DNA from: Candidatus Saccharimonadota bacterium
GTDB taxonomy: Archaea > Nanobdellota > Nanobdellia > Pacearchaeales > GW2011-AR1
Length of the DNA stretch: 32,000 bases
NCBI GenBank assembly: GCA_041659445.1
Contig: JBAZYG010000002.1
Coordinates: forward strand, 1 to 32,000
Reading direction: 5' to 3'
Below the pieces are notes generated by a model, which was not told the origin of the DNA, did no database searches, and worked only from the letters and a program-made list of their open reading frames with translations. Below are positions 16,559 through 24,652 of this stretch, piece by piece (within the stretch, counting starts at the first letter, position 1; the number at the start of each line of letters is the position of its first letter). The translations under genes and the position numbers were made by a program.

Positions 16559-17899
16559 ATGAAAAGAGGAGAACTAGACTTAAGAATAAAAGAATGTGCA
16601 AAAAACTTTTTGGAAATCTCAAAAAATAAGCCCATTGAAATAGTAAGTCATTTTGATACAGATGGGATTACTTCTGCAGCAATAATAATTCAAGCTTTAA
16701 AAAAAATTGATAGAAAATTTTCCTTGAGAATTTTAAAAAGCTTAACAAAAGAAACAATTAAAAGTTTACCAAAAGAAAAGATTATTTTATTTCTTGACTT
16801 AGGTTCTGGAAGTATAAATTTAATAAAAAAAACAGAGATAAAAGATATTTTTATTTTAGACCATCATGAAATATCTGAGCAAGAATTAGAAAATATACAT
16901 ATGGTTAACCCGCAATTATTTGAAAAACAAAGAATAAGTAGTTCAGGTATTGCTTATTTATTTTGTAAAGAATTAAATGAAACAAATAAAGAACTTGCAA
17001 AATTAGCAATTTTAGGTATGATTGGAGATTCATTAGAAAAAAATATTGATGAACTAAATCATGGAATTTTACAAGATGGAGAAATTATTCAAAAAAAAGG
17101 AATTTTAATTTATCCTTCGACAAGACCTTTAAATAGAACATTAGAACTTTGTTCAGATCCATTTATCCCAGGCGTTACAGGAGATTCAGAAGGTGTAAGA
17201 GAACTTTTAAGACAAAGTGGAATAAAACCTGAAAATGGAAAATACAAAAATTTAATTGATTTAAATGAAGATGAAATGGAAAAATTAACTACAAATATTT
17301 TATTAAGAAATCCAAAAATAAAAAATAAAGATTTAATCGGAAATATTTATTTATTAAAATTCTTTGGAAAATTAGAAGATGCTAGAGAAATGAGTGCAAA
17401 AATAAATGCTTGCTCAAGATTTGGTGAAAGTAACGTTGCATTAATGCTTTGCCTCGAAAATCAAGATGCAAAGAAAAAAGCAGAAGCAATACATGCAAAA
17501 TACAAACAAATGCTTATTTCAGGAATAAAAAAGGTAAATGAATTAAACAAAATTGAAGGAAAAGGATTTGCAATAATTAATGCAGATAAAGAAATTAAAG
17601 ACACAATGATTGGGACAATTACAAGCATTTTATCATATTCTTCAAATTATGAAGAAGAAACAATAATTATTGGACTTGCAAAATACGACGACAAAATAAA
17701 AGTTTCTGCAAGAACAGTAGGAAATAAAGGAAGAAATACTAGACAAATATTAGAAGATGTAGTAAAAATCACTGGAGGAGAAGTTGGAGGACATGAATTT
17801 GCTTCTGGTTGTATTATTCCTCAAGAAAAAGAAAAAGAATTTTTAGAACTACTAAAGAAAAACCTTGAATTGCAAGTTATAAAAATTGTAAACCCATAA
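16559..17899 (+). CDS. RecJ-like DHH/DHHA1 phosphoesterase (archaeal GAN/Cdc45-like)
   Basis: 446 aa. Motifs HFDTDGITSAAI, LDLG, ILDHH, GMIGDS, and the C-terminal DHHA1 motif GGHEFASG. Confidence 0.8.
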   Translation: MKRGELDLRIKECAKNFLEISKNKPIEIVSHFDTDGITSAAIIIQALKKIDRKFSLRILKSLTKETIKSLPKEKIILFLDLGSGSINLIKKTEIKDIFILDHHEISEQELENIHMVNPQLFEKQRISSSGIAYLFCKELNETNKELAKLAILGMIGDSLEKNIDELNHGILQDGEIIQKKGILIYPSTRPLNRTLELCSDPFIPGVTGDSEGVRELLRQSGIKPENGKYKNLIDLNEDEMEKLTTNILLRNPKIKNKDLIGNIYLLKFFGKLEDAREMSAKINACSRFGESNVALMLCLENQDAKKKAEAIHAKYKQMLISGIKKVNELNKIEGKGFAIINADKEIKDTMIGTITSILSYSSNYEEETIIIGLAKYDDKIKVSARTVGNKGRNTRQILEDVVKITGGEVGGHEFASGCIIPQEKEKEFLELLKKNLELQVIKIVNP

Positions 17900-17930
17900 A
17901 CTTTAAAACCCATTTAATTCTTGATAAAGT

Positions 17931-18632
17931 ATGGATATTGAAATAGGAGATGTAGTATTATGTAATGTCGAAAAAATAGTTGGAACTACAGTTTTTGTAA
18001 ATATTGAAAATGCAAAAAGACAAGGAGTAATAAATTTTAGCGAAATTGCTCCAGGAAGAATAAGAAATATTAGAGATTATGTTGTACCAAAAAAATCAAT
18101 AGTATGCAAAGTTCTTAAAATAACAGGAGAAACTATTGAATTATCTTTAAGGAGAGTTACACAAAAAGAACAAAAAGAAATAAGAGAAAAATATAAACAA
18201 GAAAAAAGTTGTGTAAGCATATTAAAAAGTGTCCTCGGAGAAAAATCAGGAGATACAATAAAAAGAATTTGCGAAAAACCAGGAATAATAACTTTTTTAA
18301 ATGAAGCAAAAAAAGATTCAAAAGAATTAGAAAAAACAATTGGTAAAGAAAACACTAAAAAAGTTTTAGAAATATTAAATTCTCAAAAACAAAAAATATT
18401 TACATTAAAAAAGGAAATTGAATTGCATACTACGCAACCAGATGGAATAAACAAAATAAAAGAAATACTTTCAAATAAAAATGATGTGAAAATAAAATAC
18501 ATCTCTGCAGGAAGATATTCTATAATTTCAGACCAGGAAAGTTTAAAAAAAGCCGATCAAAAATTAAAAGAAACAATTGACGAAATTTTGAAAGAAGCAA
18601 AAAAAAGTAATATTGAAATTCTTTCAAAATAG
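17931..18632 (+). CDS. eif2a: Translation initiation factor aIF2 alpha subunit
   Basis: 233 aa. N-terminal S1/OB domain (GDVVLCNVEKIVGTTVFVNIEN...GVINFSEIAPGRIRNIRDYV...KVLKI...IELSLRRV) followed by helical and alpha-beta parts. A Nop10 gene lies downstream, as in the conserved archaeal neighbourhood. Confidence 0.75.
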   Translation: MDIEIGDVVLCNVEKIVGTTVFVNIENAKRQGVINFSEIAPGRIRNIRDYVVPKKSIVCKVLKITGETIELSLRRVTQKEQKEIREKYKQEKSCVSILKSVLGEKSGDTIKRICEKPGIITFLNEAKKDSKELEKTIGKENTKKVLEILNSQKQKIFTLKKEIELHTTQPDGINKIKEILSNKNDVKIKYISAGRYSIISDQESLKKADQKLKETIDEILKEAKKSNIEILSK

Positions 18633-18710
18633 CACCCTAAAATTGAAACAAATTTGACTCACTTTAAAGGAAAACTAAAGCTTTAAATAAACAGATAATT
18701 AAAGAAAATT

Positions 18711-19124
18711 ATGGAAAAATCAAAATTTAAAATAATCTTAATAGGAATAATTTTTGATCCAAAAAAAAGAGAAATTCTTATTGGTAAAGATAAAGGTGAT
18801 TTGAAATATACTTTTTTAGACTGTGAATTGAATTATAATGAAGAATTAGATTTATGTTTGAAAAGAGTTACTAAAGAAAAAACAGGTTATAAGATACATA
18901 ACCTTGGAACAGTTTATGCAAGAAATAAAATTCTTGGAAAAGATGATGTTTTAGAATTATACTTTTTATGTGAAGCTACAGAAGGAAAAGAAAAACCTGG
19001 AAAAGAGGTTAAAGAATTAAAATGGATTAACCCTTGCAATGCAGAAAAAATAATGCAAGTAAAATTTCCATCAAGATTAAAAGAATATATTGACGGCTTG
19101 GGCTTAGCCTGCCCTACAAATTAA
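18711..19124 (+). CDS. Nudix-fold protein with degenerate Nudix box
   Basis: 137 aa. The region ELDLCLKRVTKEKTGY aligns to the Nudix box (E-x7-REUxEExGU) but lacks two of the catalytic Glu residues. Confidence 0.5.
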   Translation: MEKSKFKIILIGIIFDPKKREILIGKDKGDLKYTFLDCELNYNEELDLCLKRVTKEKTGYKIHNLGTVYARNKILGKDDVLELYFLCEATEGKEKPGKEVKELKWINPCNAEKIMQVKFPSRLKEYIDGLGLACPTN

Positions 19125-19137
19125 AATTTAATTTAAA

Positions 19138-19260
19138 ATGCTTTTAAAAAAATGTTCAAACAAGAATTGTAATTCTTACACATTCAAAGAAAATTGTCCA
19201 AAATGTTCTTCACAAACAAAAGATGCACATTATAAGTTTATAAAAATTAAAAAAGATTAA
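19138..19260 (+). CDS. nop10: Mini Nop10-like zinc-ribbon protein (40 aa), not in the ORF track
   Basis: Hand translation gives MLLKKCSNKNCNSYTFKENCPKCSSQTKDAHYKFIKIKKD*. This matches the archaeal Nop10 ribbon pattern KC..C..YT.KE.CP.C...T...H..(K/R)F. It sits downstream of aIF2-alpha. Confidence 0.6.
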   Translation: MLLKKCSNKNCNSYTFKENCPKCSSQTKDAHYKFIKIKKD

Positions 19261-19592
19261 ATATTTTTTCTCAAAAATTTAGATAAATCTTTTTTAAGAC
19301 AAATATCTCCCTTAAGAGATTCCAATTCATACTCTTTTAATAGGAAATTTTCAAATCTTCCCTTAAAAACTTCTGGAACACCATTAATTAATTCAAAATG
19401 GTTTACAGTTTTTCCAAAACAAGCTCCTTTTAAATAATTCTCTAAAGAAGATACATCCACAGAATCTACAATATATGGCTTAATTTCTACTTCAGAATTT
19501 TCAATAGTATGATAAATAAAAAATTCTGTTTCAGATAATCTTCCTTTATCTAAAGATTTTCCAAAATAAACAATTTCATGTGGCTTTTTCAT
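19257..19592 (-). CDS. Hypothetical protein
   Basis: 111 aa clean ORF. Shares a 40-bp upstream sequence with the next gene. No family recognised. Confidence 0.55.
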   Translation of the reverse strand: MKKPHEIVYFGKSLDKGRLSETEFFIYHTIENSEVEIKPYIVDSVDVSSLENYLKGACFGKTVNHFELINGVPEVFKGRFENFLLKEYELESLKGDICLKKDLSKFLRKNI

Positions 19593-19629
19593 AAAAAAAT
19601 ATTATTTAATATTTATTTAAAGATTATTG
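19590..19629 (-). promoter_or_regulatory. Duplicated 40-bp promoter/start region, copy 1
   Basis: cataaaaaaatattatttaatatttatttaaagattattg differs at one position from 20518-20557. It contains CTTTAAATAA on the gene strand about 24-33 nt upstream of the ATG. Confidence 0.7.
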
Positions 19630-19674
19630 CAATAGAAAAGATATATTAAAAATACTTTAAATACATTTAAAAAA

Positions 19675-20520
19675 TTAATTTTTCATCAATCCAAGAATTC
19701 TATCTTGATAATTTTTTAAACAAGACAAATCTTTTTCTTCTAAAGGATTTTCAATTAATAAATCAATTCCTCTTTTAAAATTCAAATCTAAAATTGGTTT
19801 CACTAAATAAAAACCAGTGCTGTAAAGATAATACTTATTTAAAGAATCAGTACACAACAAAGTGTCTTTATCAATAAATTTTGCAGTAAATGGAATTTCA
19901 CCCTTACATGAAATATATTCTGCAACACCCTCTAAAACAACATCATAAAGATAACACTGTTTAACATTTTTTTCATTTACATCTTTAAAAATATTTTTTG
20001 CATTTAACTCATTGCTTCTCATATCATAAAAATAATGCCCTGCTTCATGTTTGATATAATAATGAATTCTTTCTTCAAGAACATCTTTAAAATTAGGATA
20101 ATATTTTTTATAAAAATTTTTATACTTTTCAAACATTTCTTCAGAAGGATTTGAAGTAAATGAAATTATTTTATTGTCATCATAAAGATATTCTGCACCT
20201 TCACATTCAAAGAAATTTAAATTTTGAACTTTATTAAAAGTATATTTTGGGAGTTTTTTAGTTATTTTAAAAAAAGAATAAACATCAGAAATATCTTTTT
20301 CAAAATTACTGTCAACGAAATTTCTAACAAAAAGAGAATATTCTTGAACATTACTAAAAGGAAAAATATCTTTCTCTAAAACATTTGGTAAATTATTCCT
20401 ATAGATTTCCTCATTTAAATGTATGATTTGGCTTTCTTTTTTAGAATTTGAATTGAAAAAAGAATTTGAACATGAAAAAATTAAAGGAAAAATAAAAAAA
20501 CCAAGCAATGACCTCTTCAT
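19675..20520 (-). CDS. Putative secreted or lipid-anchored zinc metallopeptidase (HExxH)
   Basis: 281 aa. Signal peptide ends in a lipobox-like LIFSC. An HEAGH motif (YIKHEAGHYFYD) is present. No finer family recognised. Confidence 0.5.
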   Translation of the reverse strand: MKRSLLGFFIFPLIFSCSNSFFNSNSKKESQIIHLNEEIYRNNLPNVLEKDIFPFSNVQEYSLFVRNFVDSNFEKDISDVYSFFKITKKLPKYTFNKVQNLNFFECEGAEYLYDDNKIISFTSNPSEEMFEKYKNFYKKYYPNFKDVLEERIHYYIKHEAGHYFYDMRSNELNAKNIFKDVNEKNVKQCYLYDVVLEGVAEYISCKGEIPFTAKFIDKDTLLCTDSLNKYYLYSTGFYLVKPILDLNFKRGIDLLIENPLEEKDLSCLKNYQDRILGLMKN

Positions 20521-20557
20521 AAAAAAATATTATTTAATAATTATTTAAAGATTATTG
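20518..20557 (-). promoter_or_regulatory. Duplicated 40-bp promoter/start region, copy 2
   Basis: cataaaaaaatattatttaataattatttaaagattattg matches 19590-19629 at 39 of 40 positions. The identity begins exactly at the start codon. Confidence 0.7.
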
Positions 20558-20561
20558 TGAT

Positions 20562-21791
20562 TTAAAATAACTTTTTTTGCTTGTCTTTTTTAATTTCCTC
20601 AATTATTGCTTCACCATAAACCCCATCATAACCGGGTTTAACTTTTATTTTTCCTTGACGATTCTTGAGAATTAAATCAATTAAATCTTTCTCAATTTTC
20701 TCCTTAATTAAATCCTCTTCTGAAACTTTTAATAAAATATTAAATTCATTTTCAAAAATCTTTATTAAATTATTATAAATTATCCAAATTTTTTTAGAAT
20801 TAACACTTACTTTATAATAAAAAGATAAAATTTCATGCAATGGAAGAATCTTAAAAAAATCTTTTTTGTTTTTATGATTTGAGTTTGGATTTGTTAACTC
20901 TTCAACTCTGTATTCAACACCAATAACTAATGGTTTTTTACATTTGGGACAAATTCCATTCAACTCTCTTGATGTTTGTGGACTACAAGAAAAATTACAT
21001 AATCTATGACCATCCCAATGATATTTTCCATATGCTGGATCTGTTTCAATTGTTCCAACAAAAGTTTTTTTTCTTATTTGTTCAATTAATTCAAAAGAAG
21101 AATCTGTTTTTTTAAAAATTGTTGCTTCTCTTCCTAATCTCCAAGGCCAAAAACTATGTGAATCTGAAGAACTGACAATAGAAAAATTTTCAAGTTCTTT
21201 TATTTTCCAATTCATTTCAGGATCACTTGAAATTCCTGTTTCAATTGCATGAATGTTTTCAATTTCTTCACCAAAAGCTTCTTTTAAAGAATTATATCCT
21301 CCTAAACTTCCAAAAATTCCAAACCATGGAGTCCAAGCATGTGCAGGAATTATTTCAATAGACTTTGAAATTTTCATTAAGTCTTTAGTGAATTCTTTAC
21401 AACTAATTCCAAATATAGGCCTACCATCATAATCTCTTCTTAATCCTCGATTATCAATGTAATTATTTATTTTTTCAGCAATTTCCAAACTTGGAACTAA
21501 AATAACTAAATGTATTCTTCTACCTTTTCCATTATCAGAATAAATCAAAGAAATTTCTCCAGTAATAATGAAAGGAAAATCTTCATAATAATAAAATCCT
21601 TTTCCATTAGATTTTAGTTTTTTAATTTCTTCAAACCAAATAGGATGAGTAAAATCACCTGTTCCTAAAAGATTAATTCCTTTTATCTTAGCCCATTTTG
21701 TTAAATTCGGAAAAGTTAAATCTTTACTGCAAGCTCTTGAATATTTAGAATGCAAATGCAAATCTGCAATTAAAACATCTTTTAACTCCAT
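20562..21791 (-). CDS. endQ: Endonuclease Q (PHP-domain DNA repair endonuclease)
   Basis: The ORF-track start (21806) is a TTG, and the first ATG at 21791 gives MELKDVLIADLHLHSKYSRA. Motifs: GTGDFTHPIW, PAHAWTPW, SSDSHSFWPWRLGRE, YGKYHWDGH, Zn ribbon CPKCKKPL, C-terminal KPGYDGVYGE. These match the EndoQ pattern I recall from Pyrococcus. Confidence 0.8.
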   Translation of the reverse strand: MELKDVLIADLHLHSKYSRACSKDLTFPNLTKWAKIKGINLLGTGDFTHPIWFEEIKKLKSNGKGFYYYEDFPFIITGEISLIYSDNGKGRRIHLVILVPSLEIAEKINNYIDNRGLRRDYDGRPIFGISCKEFTKDLMKISKSIEIIPAHAWTPWFGIFGSLGGYNSLKEAFGEEIENIHAIETGISSDPEMNWKIKELENFSIVSSSDSHSFWPWRLGREATIFKKTDSSFELIEQIRKKTFVGTIETDPAYGKYHWDGHRLCNFSCSPQTSRELNGICPKCKKPLVIGVEYRVEELTNPNSNHKNKKDFFKILPLHEILSFYYKVSVNSKKIWIIYNNLIKIFENEFNILLKVSEEDLIKEKIEKDLIDLILKNRQGKIKVKPGYDGVYGEAIIEEIKKDKQKKLF

Positions 21792-21811
21792 TAAAAAATC
21801 AAACAAGATAA

Positions 21812-21821
21812 CTTTTTAAAG
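21812..21821. promoter_or_regulatory. Single TATA element shared by the divergent endQ and adk genes
   Basis: ctttttaaag lies exactly 20 nt from the endQ ATG (21791) and 20 nt from the adk ATG (21842) within a 50-bp intergenic region. Confidence 0.55.
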
Positions 21822-21841
21822 ATAATCTTACAAAAAATATT

Positions 21842-22507
21842 ATGAAAAAAATATTTTTAGGACCTCCTGGTTCAGGAAAAGGAACTTATTCACAAAGAAT
21901 TGCACCACTACTTGGAATCCCACATATTTCAACAGGAGATTTATTTCGAGAACATTTAAAAAATGAAACACACATCGGAAAAAAAGTAAAAGTTTTTCTC
22001 GAATCAGGTAAATTAGTTCCAGATGACATTGTTTTAGAAGTAGTAAAAATAAGAATTTCTCAAGAAGATTGTAAAAAAGGATTTATTTTAGATGGATTTC
22101 CAAGAACAATTTATCAAGCAGAAAAACTATTTGAAATAACAGATATTGATATTGTTACAAATTTAGTAATTCCAGAAGACATCTTAATTGAAAAAATTTG
22201 TTCAAGAAGATCTTGCAAAGAATGCGGGTTTATTTATAATCTTGCAGAAATAAACAGAGAAGGAATTCATATGCCTCCAATGCATCCAAAAATTCCTGGA
22301 AAATGTGATAAATGTCAAGGAAAATTAATTCAAAGAAAAGATGATTGTGAAGAAATAATTAAAGAAAGATTAGAAGTTTATAAAAAAGAAATCCAGCCTT
22401 TAATTGAATTCTATAAAAATAAAGGAATTTTAAAAGACATTAAAATAATTGGCTCTCCTGAAGTTATGGTTGAAATAATTTTAAAAGAATTAGAAAGATT
22501 TAATTAA
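21842..22507 (+). CDS. adk: Adenylate kinase, bacterial-type long form with Cys4 zinc lid
   Basis: 221 aa. P-loop GPPGSGKGT, then TGDLFRE and LDGFPRT. LID region carries C-x2-C...C-x2-C (CKECGFIYNL...CDKCQGKLIQRKDD). Confidence 0.9.
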   Translation: MKKIFLGPPGSGKGTYSQRIAPLLGIPHISTGDLFREHLKNETHIGKKVKVFLESGKLVPDDIVLEVVKIRISQEDCKKGFILDGFPRTIYQAEKLFEITDIDIVTNLVIPEDILIEKICSRRSCKECGFIYNLAEINREGIHMPPMHPKIPGKCDKCQGKLIQRKDDCEEIIKERLEVYKKEIQPLIEFYKNKGILKDIKIIGSPEVMVEIILKELERFN

Positions 22508-22552
22508 TTATAACACAAAAATATTTTTATACTTCTAAACCTAAAAATAATT

Positions 22553-23029
22553 ATGGAAGAAATGCAAAATAAAACACATTATATTGCAGTTACAGGAATA
22601 ATCCGAAATTCAGACGGAAAATACTTAATTTGTAAAAGAAGTCCAAATGAAAAAAACTTTCCAAACAAATGGTGTGTTCCAGGAGGAAAAGTAGAAATAA
22701 AAGATTTTATTGAAACTCCAAAAGATACTAGCTATCATTGGCTAAATATTTTTGAAAGAGTTTTAATAAGAGAAATAAAAGAAGAAACAAATTTAGAAAT
22801 ACAAAATATTGGATATGTTTCAAACTTAGCTTTCATAAGACCAAATGGATTTTCAACAATAATTATAAGCCTTTTTGCAGAACATAAAAGTGGAGAAGTA
22901 AAACTAGACGAAGATGAATTAATTGAACACGCATGGGTGACTTTAGAAGAAATAAAAAATTATGATTTAATAGAAAATATATTTGAACAAATTGAAAAAG
23001 TCCATAAAATATTTAATAATAAAAATTAA
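22553..23029 (+). CDS. NUDIX hydrolase (with an insertion inside the Nudix box)
   Basis: 158 aa. GGKVE...ERVLIREIKEETNLEI. The REUxEE core is intact, and about 11 extra residues sit between the G-x5-E and RE elements. Confidence 0.75.
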   Translation: MEEMQNKTHYIAVTGIIRNSDGKYLICKRSPNEKNFPNKWCVPGGKVEIKDFIETPKDTSYHWLNIFERVLIREIKEETNLEIQNIGYVSNLAFIRPNGFSTIIISLFAEHKSGEVKLDEDELIEHAWVTLEEIKNYDLIENIFEQIEKVHKIFNNKN

Positions 23030-23331
23030 TTGCTATCTTTTAAAATTTCTTCTAATTTTTTAATATCTTTATCAACTTCAGAAACTCCATTTTGAACCAA
23101 AATTTTTAAACGAATTATTTCTTTTTCAAGAATTTCTTTAAATACAGATGAATCTGAACTAATTATTTTATTCTCGAATTTTTTATTTTTTAGAACCCAT
23201 TCAGGAACATCATCGTGTATTGTTCTAGATATATAGTTTGTATAAGAAATATTAGCATTTTCAAATTCTAAAAAATATCTAGTTTTTGAATTAAAACTTT
23301 TTTCATCAGGACGTTCAATTAAATATTTCAT
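23026..23331 (-). CDS. Hypothetical protein, gene 8 of the radA operon
   Basis: 101 aa with a coiled-coil-like C-terminus. ATG lies 8 nt after the upstream stop. Confidence 0.55.
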   Translation of the reverse strand: MKYLIERPDEKSFNSKTRYFLEFENANISYTNYISRTIHDDVPEWVLKNKKFENKIISSDSSVFKEILEKEIIRLKILVQNGVSEVDKDIKKLEEILKDSN

Positions 23332-23339
23332 TTTTTATT

Positions 23340-23540
23340 TTAATTATATTTTGAAGGAGTGCAAAGTTCACACCATTTTTCAGGCATTGAACTATTAATT
23401 TTAATTATATTGAATGGCTTTTCCAATTCAAATTTTAATTTGAATTCTTTAAGTTGATTTAAACAAACAGAATACATTTCAGAAGCATAAATATCAGAAG
23501 GATTTTCAAATTTTACAATCACTGCTAAATTATTTGTCAT
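23340..23540 (-). CDS. Hypothetical small protein, gene 7 of the radA operon
   Basis: 66 aa. ATG lies 6 nt after the upstream stop (TAAAATAAAATG). Ends in ...YN*, like the preceding gene. Confidence 0.5.
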   Translation of the reverse strand: MTNNLAVIVKFENPSDIYASEMYSVCLNQLKEFKLKFELEKPFNIIKINSSMPEKWCELCTPSKYN

Positions 23541-23546
23541 TTTATT

Positions 23547-23738
23547 TTAATTATATCTTCTATAAATTGAATCTTTACTTCTTCTAAATTGAATATAATT
23601 AAGTTCCTTCGAAATTCCACCTACTTCAGATTTATTTCTTTCAAGTTCTTCATTATTTTGAATTTTAAAATTATTTTTAATATCTGCTGATAAAGAAGAT
23701 TCTCCACTTGCAACTTTTATTCCTATGTTCTTTGTCAT
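23547..23738 (-). CDS. Hypothetical small protein, gene 6 of the radA operon
   Basis: 63 aa, polar and probably disordered. TAAAATG junction with the upstream gene. Confidence 0.45.
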   Translation of the reverse strand: MTKNIGIKVASGESSLSADIKNNFKIQNNEELERNKSEVGGISKELNYIQFRRSKDSIYRRYN

Positions 23739-23739
23739 T

Positions 23740-24015
23740 TTATTCTGAATTATTTATAAGTTTTTCAATACTCTGTAGATTATTTTTAATTTCTGTTCTA
23801 AAACTTTTTTCTCTATCTTCTTTAGGAAGACAAGCCCTAAGTTCATTTTCATATTGCCATACTCGAGATTTTTCTTGCAAACAGCAAACCCAACTTAAAA
23901 ATTCTCTTGATTTATCAGACAAGTTTAAAGGTATCAGCCCTTGACTAGATACATAAGGACATTTTTCTAAATAAGGACATGCTTCAGCTTTTCCATATAA
24001 ACAATCTTTTGTCAT
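23740..24015 (-). CDS. Cys-rich hypothetical protein, gene 5 of the radA operon
   Basis: The ORF-track start at 24030 is a TTG. The first ATG at 24015 gives a 91-aa product beginning MTKDCLYGKAEACPYLEKCPYV (C-x7-C-x5-C), later WVCC and RAC. TAAAATG junction. Confidence 0.55.
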   Translation of the reverse strand: MTKDCLYGKAEACPYLEKCPYVSSQGLIPLNLSDKSREFLSWVCCLQEKSRVWQYENELRACLPKEDREKSFRTEIKNNLQSIEKLINNSE

Positions 24016-24016
24016 T

Positions 24017-24259
24017 TTAATTATTCTCAAGATTATTCTTTATTTTTATAGAATCAGATAATATTTCTTTTAAATCAGAGTCATTTTTCGTTAAGATGTA
24101 TTCCAACATTCCTTTCATTTCAGAATTAGTCATAAAATTATCCAAACCAGGATTTTCATTATAAATCTTATGTGCTTCAAAATAATTTTCAGTTTCAAAA
24201 GCAGGTTTAAATTTATCTTGATATATTTTTTCTAATTCTTCAGTTAAATTTTTTTCCAT
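24017..24259 (-). CDS. Hypothetical helical protein, gene 4 of the radA operon
   Basis: The ORF-track start at 24283 is a TTG. The first ATG at 24259 gives an 80-aa product beginning MEKNLTEELEKIY. TAAAATG junction with the upstream gene. Confidence 0.5.
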   Translation of the reverse strand: MEKNLTEELEKIYQDKFKPAFETENYFEAHKIYNENPGLDNFMTNSEMKGMLEYILTKNDSDLKEILSDSIKIKNNLENN

Positions 24260-24260
24260 T

Positions 24261-24650
24261 TTATTCTTTATCTCTAAGACCAACTTTTTTAAAAAGATTC
24301 ATCATTTTATCTTTAAGATAATCATAATTAGGTGCACCAATACGATTAATTACAAATGGTTTAATAATTTCATTTTGTTTTTCTAAATTATATCTACAGT
24401 GATACAAATAATGGTCTTCCTCATTAAAATAAATTGTACAAACTCCTTTGTTATTATTAAATTTTTCAAAAAATACTTTCCAACATTTCCAAGCAGGCAC
24501 ATTTTGTTTAGAAAGAGGGTATACCTCTTTGTACTCTTCCTGTGGATTTATTACAACCTCAAATCTATTATTGATTAGAACAATATCATGAGGGTTAACT
24601 TTTTTTAAATCATTAATTTCTTCAATAACCTTAACATTTATTGTTTTCAT
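24261..24650 (-). CDS. Hypothetical protein, gene 3 of the radA operon; paralog of 25690-26049
   Basis: 129 aa. N-terminal ~55 aa resemble the 119-aa protein upstream of radA: VKVIEEINDLKKV / LKIISNYSELRNV, FEVVINP..EEYKE / LEFVFNP..EEYKN, VYPLS / IYTLS. Confidence 0.6.
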   Translation of the reverse strand: MKTINVKVIEEINDLKKVNPHDIVLINNRFEVVINPQEEYKEVYPLSKQNVPAWKCWKVFFEKFNNNKGVCTIYFNEEDHYLYHCRYNLEKQNEIIKPFVINRIGAPNYDYLKDKMMNLFKKVGLRDKE

Positions 24651-24652
24651 TT

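Noticed and set aside
18077-18355. 92-aa and 60-aa ORFs on the minus strand
   Set aside because: Antisense shadows of the aIF2-alpha gene. Phe/Leu-rich products.
20930-21115. 61-aa ORF on the plus strand
   Set aside because: Antisense shadow of the EndoQ gene.
23708-23944. 78-aa ORF on the plus strand
   Set aside because: Antisense to two tightly coupled radA-operon genes. Leu/Ser/Phe-rich shadow.
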